A stretch of 63,594 nt of DNA, the filler included, from Salisapilia sapeloensis CBS 127946 (taxonomy: Eukaryota > Protista > Oomycota), in assembly GCA_023334545.1 (NCBI GenBank). It is 15 parts of 15 records of this genome, joined end to end, with 100 filler letters (N's around TTAATTAATTAA, not from the genome) between each part and the next. Parts side by side here need not be neighbours in the genome. Positions count along the whole stretch, not along the records: positions 48,892 to 53,213 come from JAADVB010000675.1; positions 53,314 to 54,824 come from JAADVB010001119.1; positions 54,925 to 58,347 come from JAADVB010000756.1; positions 58,448 to 61,398 come from JAADVB010000810.1; 11 more parts are not named here. The stretch is one strand, 5' to 3'. Every line of letters starts with the position of its first letter. Within the stretch, counting starts at the first letter, position 1. Of the stretch, positions 48,792-60,758 are shown one piece after another. Position numbers and translations under genes: made by a program. A model generated the notes under the pieces. The model did not search any database and was not told the origin of the DNA. It was given only the letters and a program-made list of their open reading frames with translations.

Positions 48792-50897
48792 NNNNNNNNN
48801 NNNNNNNNNNNNNNNNNNNNNNNNNNNNNNNNNNNTTAATTAATTAANNNNNNNNNNNNNNNNNNNNNNNNNNNNNNNNNNNNNNNNNNNNCAGTACTAC
48901 AAACTCGTACCACCTCGGGAACTACATCGCTTGTGCTACTCTCGTCCATGGTCATTCAATTGTACCGACATGTCGAGATCCTCTTTAGCTTTGCAAACTC
49001 AAGGAGCGAAGCGCTACGGCGTAGACTCTTGACTTGCTGCCACAATTCAAATGCAGCGAATAACGAGTAGACGCGGATGCCTCCTTATCAACACAGTGGA
49101 TCCTCATGTCGAGCTCTCAACAGCAAAGCGACCAAGACACGATGGTGGAGTTTTTTGTGCGTAAGGTAGCACGGTCGATTTCGTAGCATCATTATCTAGA
49201 ACGTTTCAATCTCGCTCTTCCATGGGAAGTATTTACGTGTACATCATCGTACCAATATGCACCCAACTCTCAAGAAATGTGCTATTATATTCTTTTTAAG
49301 TTTGTGTACAGCGCGATAGGGGAGAGAGTACTGAACAACATACTATCTTAATCCCTAGGGCGTCTTACAACCATCCTGGAAACTTCGCACGCCCAGGCTT
49401 CCACTCTAATTTAATGATCTAATACAAAGTCTTTCATTTTGCTTTGGAATTACTTGCTATATATCGCCAAGGCCACGGCTGAACGCAAACTTCGAATTTT
49501 CCTCAGGCTGAATTTGATTTAGCATGACTTTGCATCGTAACGAATGGCCTCAGTGAATCCTCTCGACTTCAACCGTGCCGTTTATCGCATATTTCAAGGC
49601 GAATAAGGTTCTGACTCGGTCGCGAAGCTTGTATCTCAGCTTATCGACAATCGTTCACTTTGAAGCTTAGTAAAAGTAATCTCGACTATTCACCTCTCTC
49701 TTGAAGCAATCTGCATCAGTGGATCCAAACTATTCCGAGCATATATACACCTACACAAAAGCATTTATCCGGTCAACGTCCTCCCTGAGATTTCATTCAC
49801 CATCATTTTGCATTAAGACAAGCAGATCGTACTTACTATATGCACTATTGTCACATGCAGCCCGTGTCAATGAAGTCGCAATCAAACAATCTCTTATTCA
49901 ACGGTGTATCGCTTGCATTTCTTAGCTCGTACCCTAAAATGACGTAGTGTACGGATCCCTTGAAGCATTGGGTATCACCTGGTTGAAGTGCATCCTTCTA
50001 CAAGTTTCAATCTGATGTGTTGTTGTGCAGTCATCGTACTTTAGTTATCGCCTGTTGGCATCGGGTGCATCATGAGTCTTATCTTCTTCATGTGTATGAC
50101 CCATCCATTGATCGGGCAGCTTAAGCTACCTATATTTCTTCCGATCGATATGGCTGCAAATAATTTCTCTAGTCGAGGCAATTTGTTGTGGAATGCTAGA
50201 TTCACATGCATTGATATTTTCCGCGGGGTCCTCTTCACATAGGACGACATATTGTGTAAGCATCTCGATACGGAGGCATCAGCTTTGACCAACAAACTCG
50301 AAGGCTAGTTTCTGAAGTCCCATCAATCTTCAGAGATGTCGACCCGTCTGCAAAGGCTTAAAGTGAAGGTGTACTTAACAAAGTACATAATACCTCGATC
50401 ATATCAATACGAAATTTACTCAGGACAGACCCTTAAACCAACGATTTGTGTTCCGACCTCGATACCCATCTGCCGATAGGCTGTTGTCACCAAAGACTAC
50501 GTGGTTTCTCTAAATGCGGTACAAGTAAACAGCTGCAAGTTGGTATCGTGGATCACCGGCTACTCGTTTCCTCGGGCTATTATTGTATCTGTACATACTT
50601 TCACCAGAAACAAAATGCTTTACATGTCAAGTTTGCGTACAACCAGCTTTGATCCCTTGGATAAGATGATTCCACTTGTATGGGCTTAATAACCGCCTGA
50701 GTAACCAACATGACATCGAGTCACCGGAAAATACCTCCTGTTTCTTATCATTGAAGCTGTGACCGCAATAACACTTCAATGAATACGTGCACAAGCGACA
50801 AGAGATATGCTTCAAGCTGCATTCACTGCTGCGTCCATTCTACAATTTCTTCCTTGCTTCCAAAGACTGCCTCAGCAACGCTTACTGTCTGACAAGG

Positions 50898-52355
50898 ATG
50901 AAAACCGGAGACAACGTCAATGTTGGCCCTGGTCTAGAAGATGGCCTCATCTCTCCAGGCGCTAAGTACCCCGACCAAATCTACTCTCCGATCAGTGATG
51001 GAGAAAAGAAGGAAAACAAGGGCGAGTCATTTTGGGTGCTCCTTGCCATCGCGGCTCCTCGAATTGCTACGCAGATGGCATGGGCAGCTCAGTGGGCCGC
51101 TCTCGGACCGTACTTGAGTACCATGCTTCCGAAATCTGCTGTTCAAGCTACACAACTTATTGGGCCGTTTTCAGGCATTATTGTCGCACCAGTTACTGGT
51201 GTCTTCAGTGACAAGAGCACGAATCGATTTGGCCGTCGTCGTCCACTTCTTGTCGGTGGTGGCATTCTGAGTGCCATTTGTTGGACATTGATGGGGTTCA
51301 CGCGTGAGATGGGGACGGCTTGCGGTGACTATGGTGACGGAACAGGCCCGACCAGCCGTACATACACTGCCTTGTTCACCATCATCTTTTACATTTGGAT
51401 GGACATCACCGTCAACGTCGTGACGACGCCTGGACTCCTCATTATCGCTGACTTTGCCGGAGACCGTCAGACACTCGGCGCTTCTCTCGGACAGGGATGG
51501 GCAATGGTCGGTTCGATCATTATTGCGCTCTACATTGAAATCTTCGGCTCCGCGTACTTGACGCTCCACTGGTTCCTTGGTATGCTTTCTGTGATGATGA
51601 TAGTGTGTGTCGGCATTTGCTGCGTGTTTGCGAAAGAAACTCCGCTCGAAAAATCTGGCGAGGAAGAGCCTGTTATAAAACAAATTGGTCATGCTTTCTA
51701 CCAGATATACTACGGCATCAGGACGTTATCAGGACCACTTGTGGTCTACTGGATCGTCACGTTGATCGTCTGTTTCGGATACGCGGCATACAACGGCAAC
51801 AAGGGACAGTTCTTTGGACTTGAACTCTACGAAGGTCAGTCCGAAGGCGCGGATAGCTGCGGCGCTAACTGTAATCAGGCACAGCAAGACTACAATGAAG
51901 GCGTCCAGATTGCTGGTGGCCGAGCCGATCTGATCTTCAACATTGTCGGATACGCTACGACATGGCTACTACCGTTCTGTGTCAAGAAGTTTGGAGCAAA
52001 GTGGACCTTGTCTATCGCACTCGTCCCGCAAGCTTGCCTCATTGCGCTCGCATACACGAAAAATACCCATTTAGCTGTCTTTTGGGTTGCCATCTGTGGT
52101 ATCTCGGAGTGCACTCTTTTCGCGTTGCTGGTGCCATTCATCGTTCACGTTTACGGAAACGGCAAAATCGGCGTCTACGTAGGAGCGCTTAACTCGGCCA
52201 ACGCTGCAGGAAAACTTTTGAACTTCGCAGTTGGCACGGGAATCGTCAACACATCCATGGGATACAAGCTCCCGGTGCTCCTGGGAGGCATTCTTAGCGG
52301 CATCGCAGCTCTTGTGACCGCGTTCTTCCTCAAGATGAAAATGTACTCAATGTAA
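50898..52355 (+). CDS. GPH-family (SLC45/sucrose:H+ symporter-like) MFS transporter
   Basis: WAAQWAALGP; GPFSGIIVAPVTGVFSDKSTNRFGRRRP; 12 hydrophobic segments; intact ORF. ATG at 50898 preferred over the GTG at 50787. Confidence 0.9.
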   Translation: MKTGDNVNVGPGLEDGLISPGAKYPDQIYSPISDGEKKENKGESFWVLLAIAAPRIATQMAWAAQWAALGPYLSTMLPKSAVQATQLIGPFSGIIVAPVTGVFSDKSTNRFGRRRPLLVGGGILSAICWTLMGFTREMGTACGDYGDGTGPTSRTYTALFTIIFYIWMDITVNVVTTPGLLIIADFAGDRQTLGASLGQGWAMVGSIIIALYIEIFGSAYLTLHWFLGMLSVMMIVCVGICCVFAKETPLEKSGEEEPVIKQIGHAFYQIYYGIRTLSGPLVVYWIVTLIVCFGYAAYNGNKGQFFGLELYEGQSEGADSCGANCNQAQQDYNEGVQIAGGRADLIFNIVGYATTWLLPFCVKKFGAKWTLSIALVPQACLIALAYTKNTHLAVFWVAICGISECTLFALLVPFIVHVYGNGKIGVYVGALNSANAAGKLLNFAVGTGIVNTSMGYKLPVLLGGILSGIAALVTAFFLKMKMYSM

Positions 52356-53055
52356 ACATGCTGCGTCTTTATCAACTTACAATCCTTTTACTGTGTCGCG
52401 GAGCGTGATCTATCAAATAAGAGAAGTTGGATAGCCCTGCGTGAGAAAGTATACATGTCGCCAAGATGTGAGTACGGATGAAACTTTGATCACAGTAACC
52501 GCATTTGTTTGCCACAGTGTACTGAATCAATCAGAGCAAAGTGGCAAAGCTGGAGTCCATGCGATGTGTCAGGTCAAATTAGGCATAATTGCGAAGCTGA
52601 GAGTTTTGGGAAGGCATATGCTAGATTACCGGTAATGAAGACCTTTCGCTTTCGACGAAAATAGCATTGGGTCTTCTGTGTGGTAGAACGTCTTGATATT
52701 GCCTATACTCTAAGGTAATTTAACTGCATTTAACTGCTGAGATGACAATTCCGTCCGCCTGAGTAGCAAAAAGCAACTCTGACAATGAATACGAAGCCAT
52801 GTTCATATTTTCCGATTTCCCGCCATTTTTGCTGATTACGCTATACAAAAAGCAAGTTATTTGGTTGAAACAGACACAGCAGTTTGCTAATTCTGCCAGT
52901 GACGCTACCAGTAGCTCTAGGAGAGTAGGACTAGAATCTATTCCCTTGGAGGTCACAAAGGCTATGCAACTGGAGGACTGGAGGGCATAAGCTGTGTAGC
53001 GCAATGTAACTTCGTGCCATTTCTCAATCAGCCCTCTGATACTGTATTCGAATTT

Positions 53056-53213
53056 ATGACAACGCAGTGGACAGCAGACGCGTACGCAGACTTTCACCTC
53101 TCGGAAGAAAAGAAGGTTTATTGCAAGCGCATCGCAATGATACTCGTCCACGAAGCGCTTACACATTATCAAAAGTTCGATCAGTCTGTGCCTCGGGACA
53201 TGGGCAGCAAGCG
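53056..53213 (+). CDS. N-terminus of a paralogue of the START/FYVE protein at 26087 (truncated)
   Basis: MTTQWTADAYADFHLSEEKKVYCKRIAMILVHEALTHYQKF aligns residue for residue with MATQWKADAYEGFDLSDAKKADCKRIAMILVHEALRHYKKF. Confidence 0.85.
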
Positions 53214-54017
53214 NNNNNNNNNNNNNNNNNNNNNNNNNNNNNNNNNNNNNNNNNNNNTTAATTAATTAANNNNNNNNNNNNNNNNNNNNNNNNNNNNNNN
53301 NNNNNNNNNNNNNAAAAAGGAGAATGAATTGAGTGATCAGAGTCTGTCGTAACTCTTTTACTTGCCACTTGTCCTGCTTCGTTCAACTTCATACCTCTGC
53401 AAGGCAAAGTTTCCAGTAATCGGCACCATATAATCTTCAGCATCCTGCTCTCGGCATGTCAGCTGCAAGGCGCATCCTGTTCATCTGACGTTTTCTTCCG
53501 CACGTCACGTAAACTGGCACGTATATCTCTTCCTCGACGTCACTCTGTGCAAAAGAAAAAAGAAAAAAGAGCGGACTCAACTTGTGCCTCCACTTCTGCT
53601 GACTCAAGTCCCGCTTTCTGACTCAGCCCAGAACAGCTTTCAATTCTCTCTGATGTTGATCGCATCAGCTGGCTGACCTCAACTGACTAATTTGAACTTC
53701 ATGAGGTACCAGAACGGATATATCCAACCATGAATCTGGATGAGCCACTTCCAGTAACAACTCCGGTCCCGATAGTTTTTGGTTAATACCTCGATCTATT
53801 ACATTACATCATTATCTACCTAATGTGAGCGTTAATAGCCGTTTAGAGAAACCTTGCTAGTGAAGTACAGAATCCTCTCGTGACGAGTGAAAGTCGAACT
53901 TAAATGTTCTGAACTCAGTTCCTGTGATCCAAGTGACCCGTAGCGATACCACTGCCTAGTGTCGTCGGACAAGTGAGCTAGGATAGTGGACACTTGGGAT
54001 CATGAAGACTGTCCAGA

Positions 54018-54824
54018 AACCTGGAAGCTGCTCCTCGAGTTTATGGCAATGTTGGCTGCCGAGTTAGCCATTCGATTGAATCGTCGGAGGTCATGTGCCT
54101 ACGAACGAACCCCTACGGACGCAGGTGACGCCCGAGCCTCTTCATACAGCGGTTGTAAATGAGATGCCTTTGGGGAGGTACCTTTTCGCAATTGGCGTAA
54201 GATAATCGCACTGCCACCGATCACATGGATATCAGTTAGGCGCAAACGAAGTGCCGCTTGAAGAACAGTTACCAGTCCTTTGTATTCAGCTACGTTGTTA
54301 GTCGTGGAGGGTGACGCCTAGGAGATGCTAGCAATCCAGACGAGACTTGCTTCCCGAGAGTATAGAGGAGCTTTGACGATAGCTGCGCCTGATTCACGAG
54401 GATCCGGGTTTCCGCGGCTACCTCCATCGAAAAAGAGAAGATGAGTGGTGCTATCAGCTACCGAAGGCGAAGACAGGTTTGGAATTGGGAGGTTCAGGTA
54501 GGACTCAGCAGTAGTAAACATCACTCGCATAGCCTCCGCCGTGGAATTCCGGTCATTAGAATATTACCACTGCAGGATCCGTCTCGAGATCGAAAAGCGT
54601 TTGGTAAGATAAGCAAGAGCAGTGATGGCTGTCCAAGGGGCATCATCTAGCCGGTAGCTTCGATACCACCTCCAAATTTTATGGAGGACACTGCCAACAT
54701 GGACTTGCCATAGATGCTGGCACAAGATTTGTCCGACCGCTAGGGCATCGTGAGCCGACAGACTAGCAGGAAGTCCACTAGCCTGGATTAGCATGGAGGG
54801 AATGTGCGGTACTTCGAGAGCAAA
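54018..54824 (-). pseudogene. 3' end of an oomycete L1-like element with archaeal-type RNase H
   Basis: HLWQVH...KIWRW, then LLFFDGGSRGNP, TNNVAEYKGL, and FNRMANSAANIAINS (N..AD.LAN position). Several stops. Confidence 0.8.
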
Positions 54825-54996
54825 NNNNNNNNNNNNNNNNNNNNNNNNNNNNNNNNNNNNNNNNNNNNTTAATTAATTAANNNNNNNNNNNNNNNNNNNN
54901 NNNNNNNNNNNNNNNNNNNNNNNNAATTACTCATTCAAGCCAATCACGTGCATTTAGTATCTTCAATCGGAGAAGAAGGAAAGAATAGGAATGAGC

Positions 54997-57067
54997 ATGC
55001 GACGAGCTGTGGCTTTCGTCGTGGCCTGCACGGCGGTGCTAGTGTCCTTGGCGGCGGCGGAGGACTCGCTGACGTACAGCCTGACGTCGGAGGAGGTGGA
55101 GGAAGGCTTCTGCGACACGACCAAGCAGCAGAGCGGGTACTTTAAGATCGACGGATCCAGGAGCAAGAACTACTTTTACTGGTTCTTCGAGTCCCGCGGG
55201 AACCCGTCGACGGACCCAGTTATCATTTGGCTCACGGGTGGGTTTTGAGTGCATGCTGTTGAGTGAGTAAAGTATAACGTAGTGTACGGTGGTAGGCGGC
55301 CCTGGCTGCTCGTCCATCTTGGCCTTGTTCCAGGTGAGTTGTGTGCGACTTGGATGCAGTGTTTATTGGGCTAACGTGACCCACTTGGTAGGAGAACGGC
55401 CCTTGCTCCGTGAACGACGACCTGACGCTGAAGCGGAACGAGTTTTCGTGGACCGAGCGCGCGAACGTGATGTGGGTGGACCAGCCCGCGGGCGTCGGCT
55501 TTAGCTACGGCGACCGGAGCGAGTACGACTCGACGGAGAAAGAGGTGGGGGACGACATGTACCACTTCCTTCAGGTACGTTTTTGGCTGATTGCTTTATT
55601 ACTTGTGGCGTCATGTGCGTGTCGGAGTGGGCGCGTCTGTGGTGGTTTGAATGGGATCGCGGGGCGGGGCTTTCGGATAAAGCTGAAAGTCGTGTGTGTA
55701 TTGGCTTTATGCGGTGCTTTTCTACTTTGGCCTGGGCCTTCTCGAAAGAAGCGTACTTGTTGGACCTGGCACGCTGAGCGCGATGGCCGAGCAGGATGTG
55801 GACGGTACCTCTGGTCACACGGATGCGACTTTCTTTCCCAAGTTTCCACATGAAAGCAGTGGAAACCTCGCGTGGAGCGAGCGCCTTCCCGTATGCCTCT
55901 TCCAGGAAGTCGACATGCGAGGCTGGCATTTGCTCTCGCACCGCCCGACTTCGAGCACACAGTCGGGCAGAGCTCCCTGTGCCCTTGTGCCTCCCAATCG
56001 CCATGACGCCCCACCTCTCCATATAAACCCCACTCCAATCGAATCTAACGCAAACCTCCTATAGTCCTTCTTCAAAGCCAACCCGCAGTACCAGTCCCAA
56101 GGCTTTTACGTGTTCGCAGAGTCCTACGGCGGGCACTACGGCCCGGCGATCGCCCACCGGATCTTCACCGGGAACAAGCACAAGGAGGGGCTGCACATCA
56201 ACCTGCAGGGCTTTGGCATCGGCAACGGCCTGACTGACCCGCTCGTCCAGTACAAGTACTACCCACAGATGGCCTACAACAACACGTACGGCGTGCACGC
56301 CGTGTCGCACGCAGCCTTCCGCGCCATGGAGCTGGCCGCGCCCGTGTGCACCAAGATGATCGCGGCATGCCAGACGTCCGACGCGGTGTGCGTGCCGGCG
56401 CAGACGTTCTGCAACATGGCGCTCGTGGCGCCGTACCAGACATCGGGGCTGAACGTGTACGACATCCGGGAGAAGTGCGCGCACTGGCCCATGTGCTACG
56501 ACTTTTCTGCGATCGAAAAGTTCCTCCGGCTCGAGAGCACGCGGGAGAAGCTGCACGTGGACAGCCACAGCGCGCCGTGGACCGAGTGCAACATGGAGGT
56601 GCATGCGAGGTTCTCGGTCGACTGGATGAAGAACTTCCAGCAGCTCGTGCCGCCGATGCTCGAGGGCGGCGTCAAGGGCCTGATCTACGCCGGCGACGCC
56701 GACTACATCGTCAACTGGCTCGGGTGCAAGGCGTGGACGCTGGAGCTGGACTGGAAGCGCCACGCCGAGTTCGCCCGGGCCGAGGACAAGGACTGGCTGG
56801 TGGACGGCAAGAAGGCCGGCAAAGTCCGTTCGGTCGGCGACTTTACCTTCCTCCAGGTCTTTGAGGCCGGCCACATGGTGCCTCTCAACCAGCGTGCGTC
56901 TTGCTTCTTTTTTTCATGATAGTGATAGCGAGGTACTGATGCTCGTGTGTATGACGACAGCCAAGAACGCGCTCGAGATGGTCAAAGAGTTCACGCTCAA
57001 GGGGAAGGAGGCGTGGGCGAGCGAGTCGGAGCTGCAGGAAGAGGAGGAGGCCGCGGCTGTCATGTAG
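54997..57067 (+). CDS. Secreted serine carboxypeptidase (peptidase S10), five exons
   Basis: Signal peptide; WLTGGPGCSS; ENGPC; VDQPAGVGFSY; catalytic AESYGGHY; GDADYIVNW; AGHMVP. GT-AG introns at 55238-55295, 55334-55391, 55575-56064 and 56894-56960 give a continuous frame. Confidence 0.93.
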
Positions 57068-57134
57068 CTTTGGAAAGAGGAATGAACGTGCTGCTTTAAA
57101 AACTTTATACTTTATACTTGCCACCTGTCACCTG

Positions 57135-58004
57135 TCACTTGGTCTCTAGCGGCTTGCGCACCGTCAGCGTCAGGCCCCCGAGGTTGCCGCCCTGGAAGAG
57201 ACTCGCGACGCTCTTGTAAAAGTGCCTCAGCGACTTTGCTGCATCCTCTCCGTCCTGCCGAACGTGCTCCTCCAGCTCCGCCTCAAACGTGTCCGATCGC
57301 TCCGTCACGTACGACACCCACTTGTCCGTCACATCTGCCACTTCGACCTCCTCGAAGCCGCTCTTGGCCAGGAGTTTCTGCAGCTTGGCCAGCGGCAAGA
57401 GCTCTGCGCAGTACACGTCTTCCTTCAGCTGCTGCTTCTCCGTCGACGAGAATCGGTGCTTTTGGAAAAAGTCCTCGATGTACATGACTCCGCCCGGCTT
57501 GAGCATCGCAAAGCACCGCTTGAACAGGGACTTCCAGTCGCCAATGTGCAGGAAGCAGAGCAGCGCCACCACCACGTCGTACTCGTCTCGGATTAGCGGC
57601 GTCTGCAGGAAGTCTCCCGTCAGGTGGGTTACCTTGCGCTCCAGGCCGCAGCGCCGAGTCAGCTCCTTGGCGGCGTCGCTCATGTCCGGTTGCAGCTCCA
57701 GAGCATCTACTCGGCACTCGGCCCGGTGCGCCACCAGTCGAGCCGTGTTCCCAAAGCCGGTGCCAATGTCCATGACCTTGGTCTTGAGGCGATTGCCCGT
57801 CTGGAGGCTGGAGGCTTCGTCCTGCAGCAACGATACTACCTTCTCCACCGGCTCGTTGCCGAAAAAGTGGAGCGAGTCCAGCGTCCCGAGCTGCTCCGGG
57901 TCCACCACGACCGACGGGTCCGAGTACCCGAGCTCCTGGAGCCGCCGCTCAATGCGCTCCAGGTGGTGGTACAGCTTCATCGTCTTGATCTCCTCTTCCT
58001 TCAT
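57135..58004 (-). CDS. Class I SAM-dependent methyltransferase (sarcosine/dimethylglycine N-methyltransferase-like)
   Basis: SLHFFG; KVMDIGTGFGNTARLVA (motif I); CRVDALEL; GDFL; LKPGGVMYIEDF. The substrate assignment is tentative. Confidence 0.8.
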   Translation of the reverse strand: MKEEEIKTMKLYHHLERIERRLQELGYSDPSVVVDPEQLGTLDSLHFFGNEPVEKVVSLLQDEASSLQTGNRLKTKVMDIGTGFGNTARLVAHRAECRVDALELQPDMSDAAKELTRRCGLERKVTHLTGDFLQTPLIRDEYDVVVALLCFLHIGDWKSLFKRCFAMLKPGGVMYIEDFFQKHRFSSTEKQQLKEDVYCAELLPLAKLQKLLAKSGFEEVEVADVTDKWVSYVTERSDTFEAELEEHVRQDGEDAAKSLRHFYKSVASLFQGGNLGGLTLTVRKPLETK

Positions 58005-58729
58005 GCTGGACGCCGTTCGGTGGAATGAAGAGGTGATCGATGGAAAGGATCGATGGAAAAATTTATCCGGCATATGCTTTCGTGCTCCCGTACGTATCCG
58101 TCGGTATCTCTTCCATCCGGTGCATCTGTGTCGAGTCCAACGTATCACGGATGCAGAAACGAGGCTGGAGAACACTTGGCTACGAGCGCGTCCGGGCAAG
58201 AGGCTCCTCCTGCCATCTTTCGGTCAAGAAGACGAGAACGATGCGACTTGTAACTCAATCTTGAACGGTTTCGGCCGAAGCCTTGTCAAAGGTCACACGC
58301 TCGACCTACGTCGATGGACGTCAGCGAGATGCATCATGGAATGGAGCNNNNNNNNNNNNNNNNNNNNNNNNNNNNNNNNNNNNNNNNNNNNTTAATTAAT
58401 TAANNNNNNNNNNNNNNNNNNNNNNNNNNNNNNNNNNNNNNNNNNNNCATCTTTCGGCTCTACTGATCTTATTTCCAAAATAAAATAAACCACCCCCGGA
58501 GGTGGCTTATCATATTTGGAGTCTGACTGATTCATGAGCGCTCGAAATAAAACTTCCGATTATTTAGAAGTTATGGACAATTATTTGGCAATCAGACACC
58601 TCATTATATTTTGCAATTTTGACAGGTTTGACACGCCCTATTTAAAGGTTTTGGTCTGGTAGTCGATAAATTTTTATAAGTACTGCTTGATACATTGAAA
58701 TCATTAATTTGTTGTTTCGTTTTGCTTGT

Positions 58730-60250
58730 CTAGGCGGATCCGCTCATAGCTATCGCATTCTTATCGACGTTCAATAGAATGTTACCATGTTTGTTTGCCA
58801 CCATCATCTCGGCCAGAAGGCTGTTCGAGCTATTTCCAGTCAATACCGCCTTCTCGTTGGATGCGAGTGCCTCTAATACATCAAGTTCGTGCATCTTAAC
58901 CTCGTGCATACGATACTGTTGGAGCTGTTCCGATGCAGCGCCTTCCGCTTCTGCGATAATTTCCTTTGCTTTTGCTTCAGCAGCCATTTGGATTTCCTTC
59001 ATCTCAGCCACAAGCTCAGTATTGATAGCTTCTTTTTCAGCGACTAGCAGCTGCACCTCTGCATCGCATTTGGCACTGATTTCAGTCGATATTTTCGCAG
59101 TCTCGGCTTGTATCTCCTCGATCTTTAAGTCACAGTCCACTTGAATTCGGTTCAACTTTACTTTCGTCTCTTGTTCAATTTCTTCTTCAATGACCCATGT
59201 TTGTGTACTTACCATATCCAACTCCTTTTGAATTGGAGCACATTTTGCTTTTCCACGTTGTTCTTCTTCCATCAACATCATCTTACGCGATAGCTTTGTC
59301 GTATCCATTTCTTCCTTGAACTGCAGCATCTGCATGTCTGACTTCTGCTTCATAGTTTCTTCCTTGATCGTACTTAAATGTGTCGTTCGGCTCTGCATCT
59401 GCTCTTGGAATACCTCTGGCAGGCGAACATTGGTGATAGCAACGCTGTGGATTTCCACACCAAAGCGATTGAATTGGCTATTCAAATTGTTGCGAATATC
59501 TTCGGTAACGTAGTAGCCCTCTTTCTTTCCGGACTTTTCGTTTTCGAAATCAATGACTTTAGAATTCGCTTCCTTAACTTCATCTTCATCAGCCGGATGC
59601 ACCGGGGCAGTACTGCCAGTATTGCATTCGTCATCGCTTTCACGAGTCAACTCGTTCAATTTTCCAGTCTCAAACTGATCTTTCAGTGTACCATCGCGGA
59701 GCTTGTACACCTCTGTGTGATTCACACTTCGAGCTAACGACCGAACGGCTTCTTCTTGGGCAGCGCGCAATTGGACATCCAGTCCATTCGGTCCTAGCTC
59801 GTACACAAATTTGCGCACAAGGCTAGGGTCTTCGCCTTTGGAAATATCTCCCATGATGCGTAGCACTAGACAAATGTCGATTTCCACCGACACATTATCT
59901 CTCGTCTTGCATCCCTTCACTGGTGTTTCAAAAACGATGAACTGCTTCGTTATCAACTGAGAGACCTTCGTGAGCGGTCCAGCGTAATGAAAACCAGCCG
60001 GCCAAACTGCACTAGGCGACCCAGCCCCGGTATAATCAACGTCACTCCCATTCGTTTGTACGAGAGCATAGCATCCTTCCGGGATTCTAATATATGGTGC
60101 CAGCAGACTGCGCCCAGGCATCACCATCAAAACAGTTTCCCCATCGCTACAAGCACCCAATATACGATTTGCCGAGTCTACACTGGGCGCATCAACACAA
60201 AGGAGGGAAGTGGGAGTCACACTACCGTTTGGAATAAAGTTCTCAGCCAT
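58730..60250 (-). CDS. SPFH/band-7 domain protein with C-terminal coiled coil
   Basis: RIPEGCYALVQ...G; PVKGCKTRDNVSVEIDI; AAQEEAVRSLAR; LNSQFNRFGVEIHSVAITNVRLP; long Glu/Lys/Ala-rich tail. Confidence 0.85.
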   Translation of the reverse strand: MAENFIPNGSVTPTSLLCVDAPSVDSANRILGACSDGETVLMVMPGRSLLAPYIRIPEGCYALVQTNGSDVDYTGAGSPSAVWPAGFHYAGPLTKVSQLITKQFIVFETPVKGCKTRDNVSVEIDICLVLRIMGDISKGEDPSLVRKFVYELGPNGLDVQLRAAQEEAVRSLARSVNHTEVYKLRDGTLKDQFETGKLNELTRESDDECNTGSTAPVHPADEDEVKEANSKVIDFENEKSGKKEGYYVTEDIRNNLNSQFNRFGVEIHSVAITNVRLPEVFQEQMQSRTTHLSTIKEETMKQKSDMQMLQFKEEMDTTKLSRKMMLMEEEQRGKAKCAPIQKELDMVSTQTWVIEEEIEQETKVKLNRIQVDCDLKIEEIQAETAKISTEISAKCDAEVQLLVAEKEAINTELVAEMKEIQMAAEAKAKEIIAEAEGAASEQLQQYRMHEVKMHELDVLEALASNEKAVLTGNSSNSLLAEMMVANKHGNILLNVDKNAIAMSGSA

Positions 60251-60758
60251 TATAACTCAGAGACGCGGTCAGGACTAAAAGTTTCCGTCAGAAATAGTAG
60301 TAAGCAATGCGCAATGCAAGGTCGTTTTGCGTTAAATCAGGATTGATAGTTACGACAGATCATTGTAAGCCCCGAAACGACCGACTGACACTGTGGTCGG
60401 TTCAAGATAACGCAGGATGTCTAGTCTAGTTTATGGCTGTAGTTGAACTCGAGCTATGCAGCCATCAATGATAAGAAAAGGAGCAATGGAATTATCATCT
60501 CGTTTGTGTACCTGATAAGCGTAGCTTGTCTGTATTTGCCATGATAATAGAGGTAGTTTCAATTTAATTTCTATCTCTTGCATGCATCATTTAGAAACAC
60601 TTAAAGCAGGAGTTTCATGGTAACTATTAGACTGATATCGAAACTTCCGGCAATGCAAATACAATCACTTCTGGATCTCGATTTTGTTTTCAGTCTTTCA
60701 GCTTCATAAGCTTTGAACTCTCATCAATTTGCGACAATTTTTCGAGTCTTTAACCGCA

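Noticed and set aside
53430-53560. EEEIYV on the minus strand resembling a copia RT motif
   Set aside because: The flanking RT motifs could not be recovered in any frame.
43971-58395. Long antisense ORFs (43971-44744, 56059-56874, 57289-58395 and similar)
   Set aside because: They are shadows of real genes on the opposite strand in GC3-rich coding sequence.
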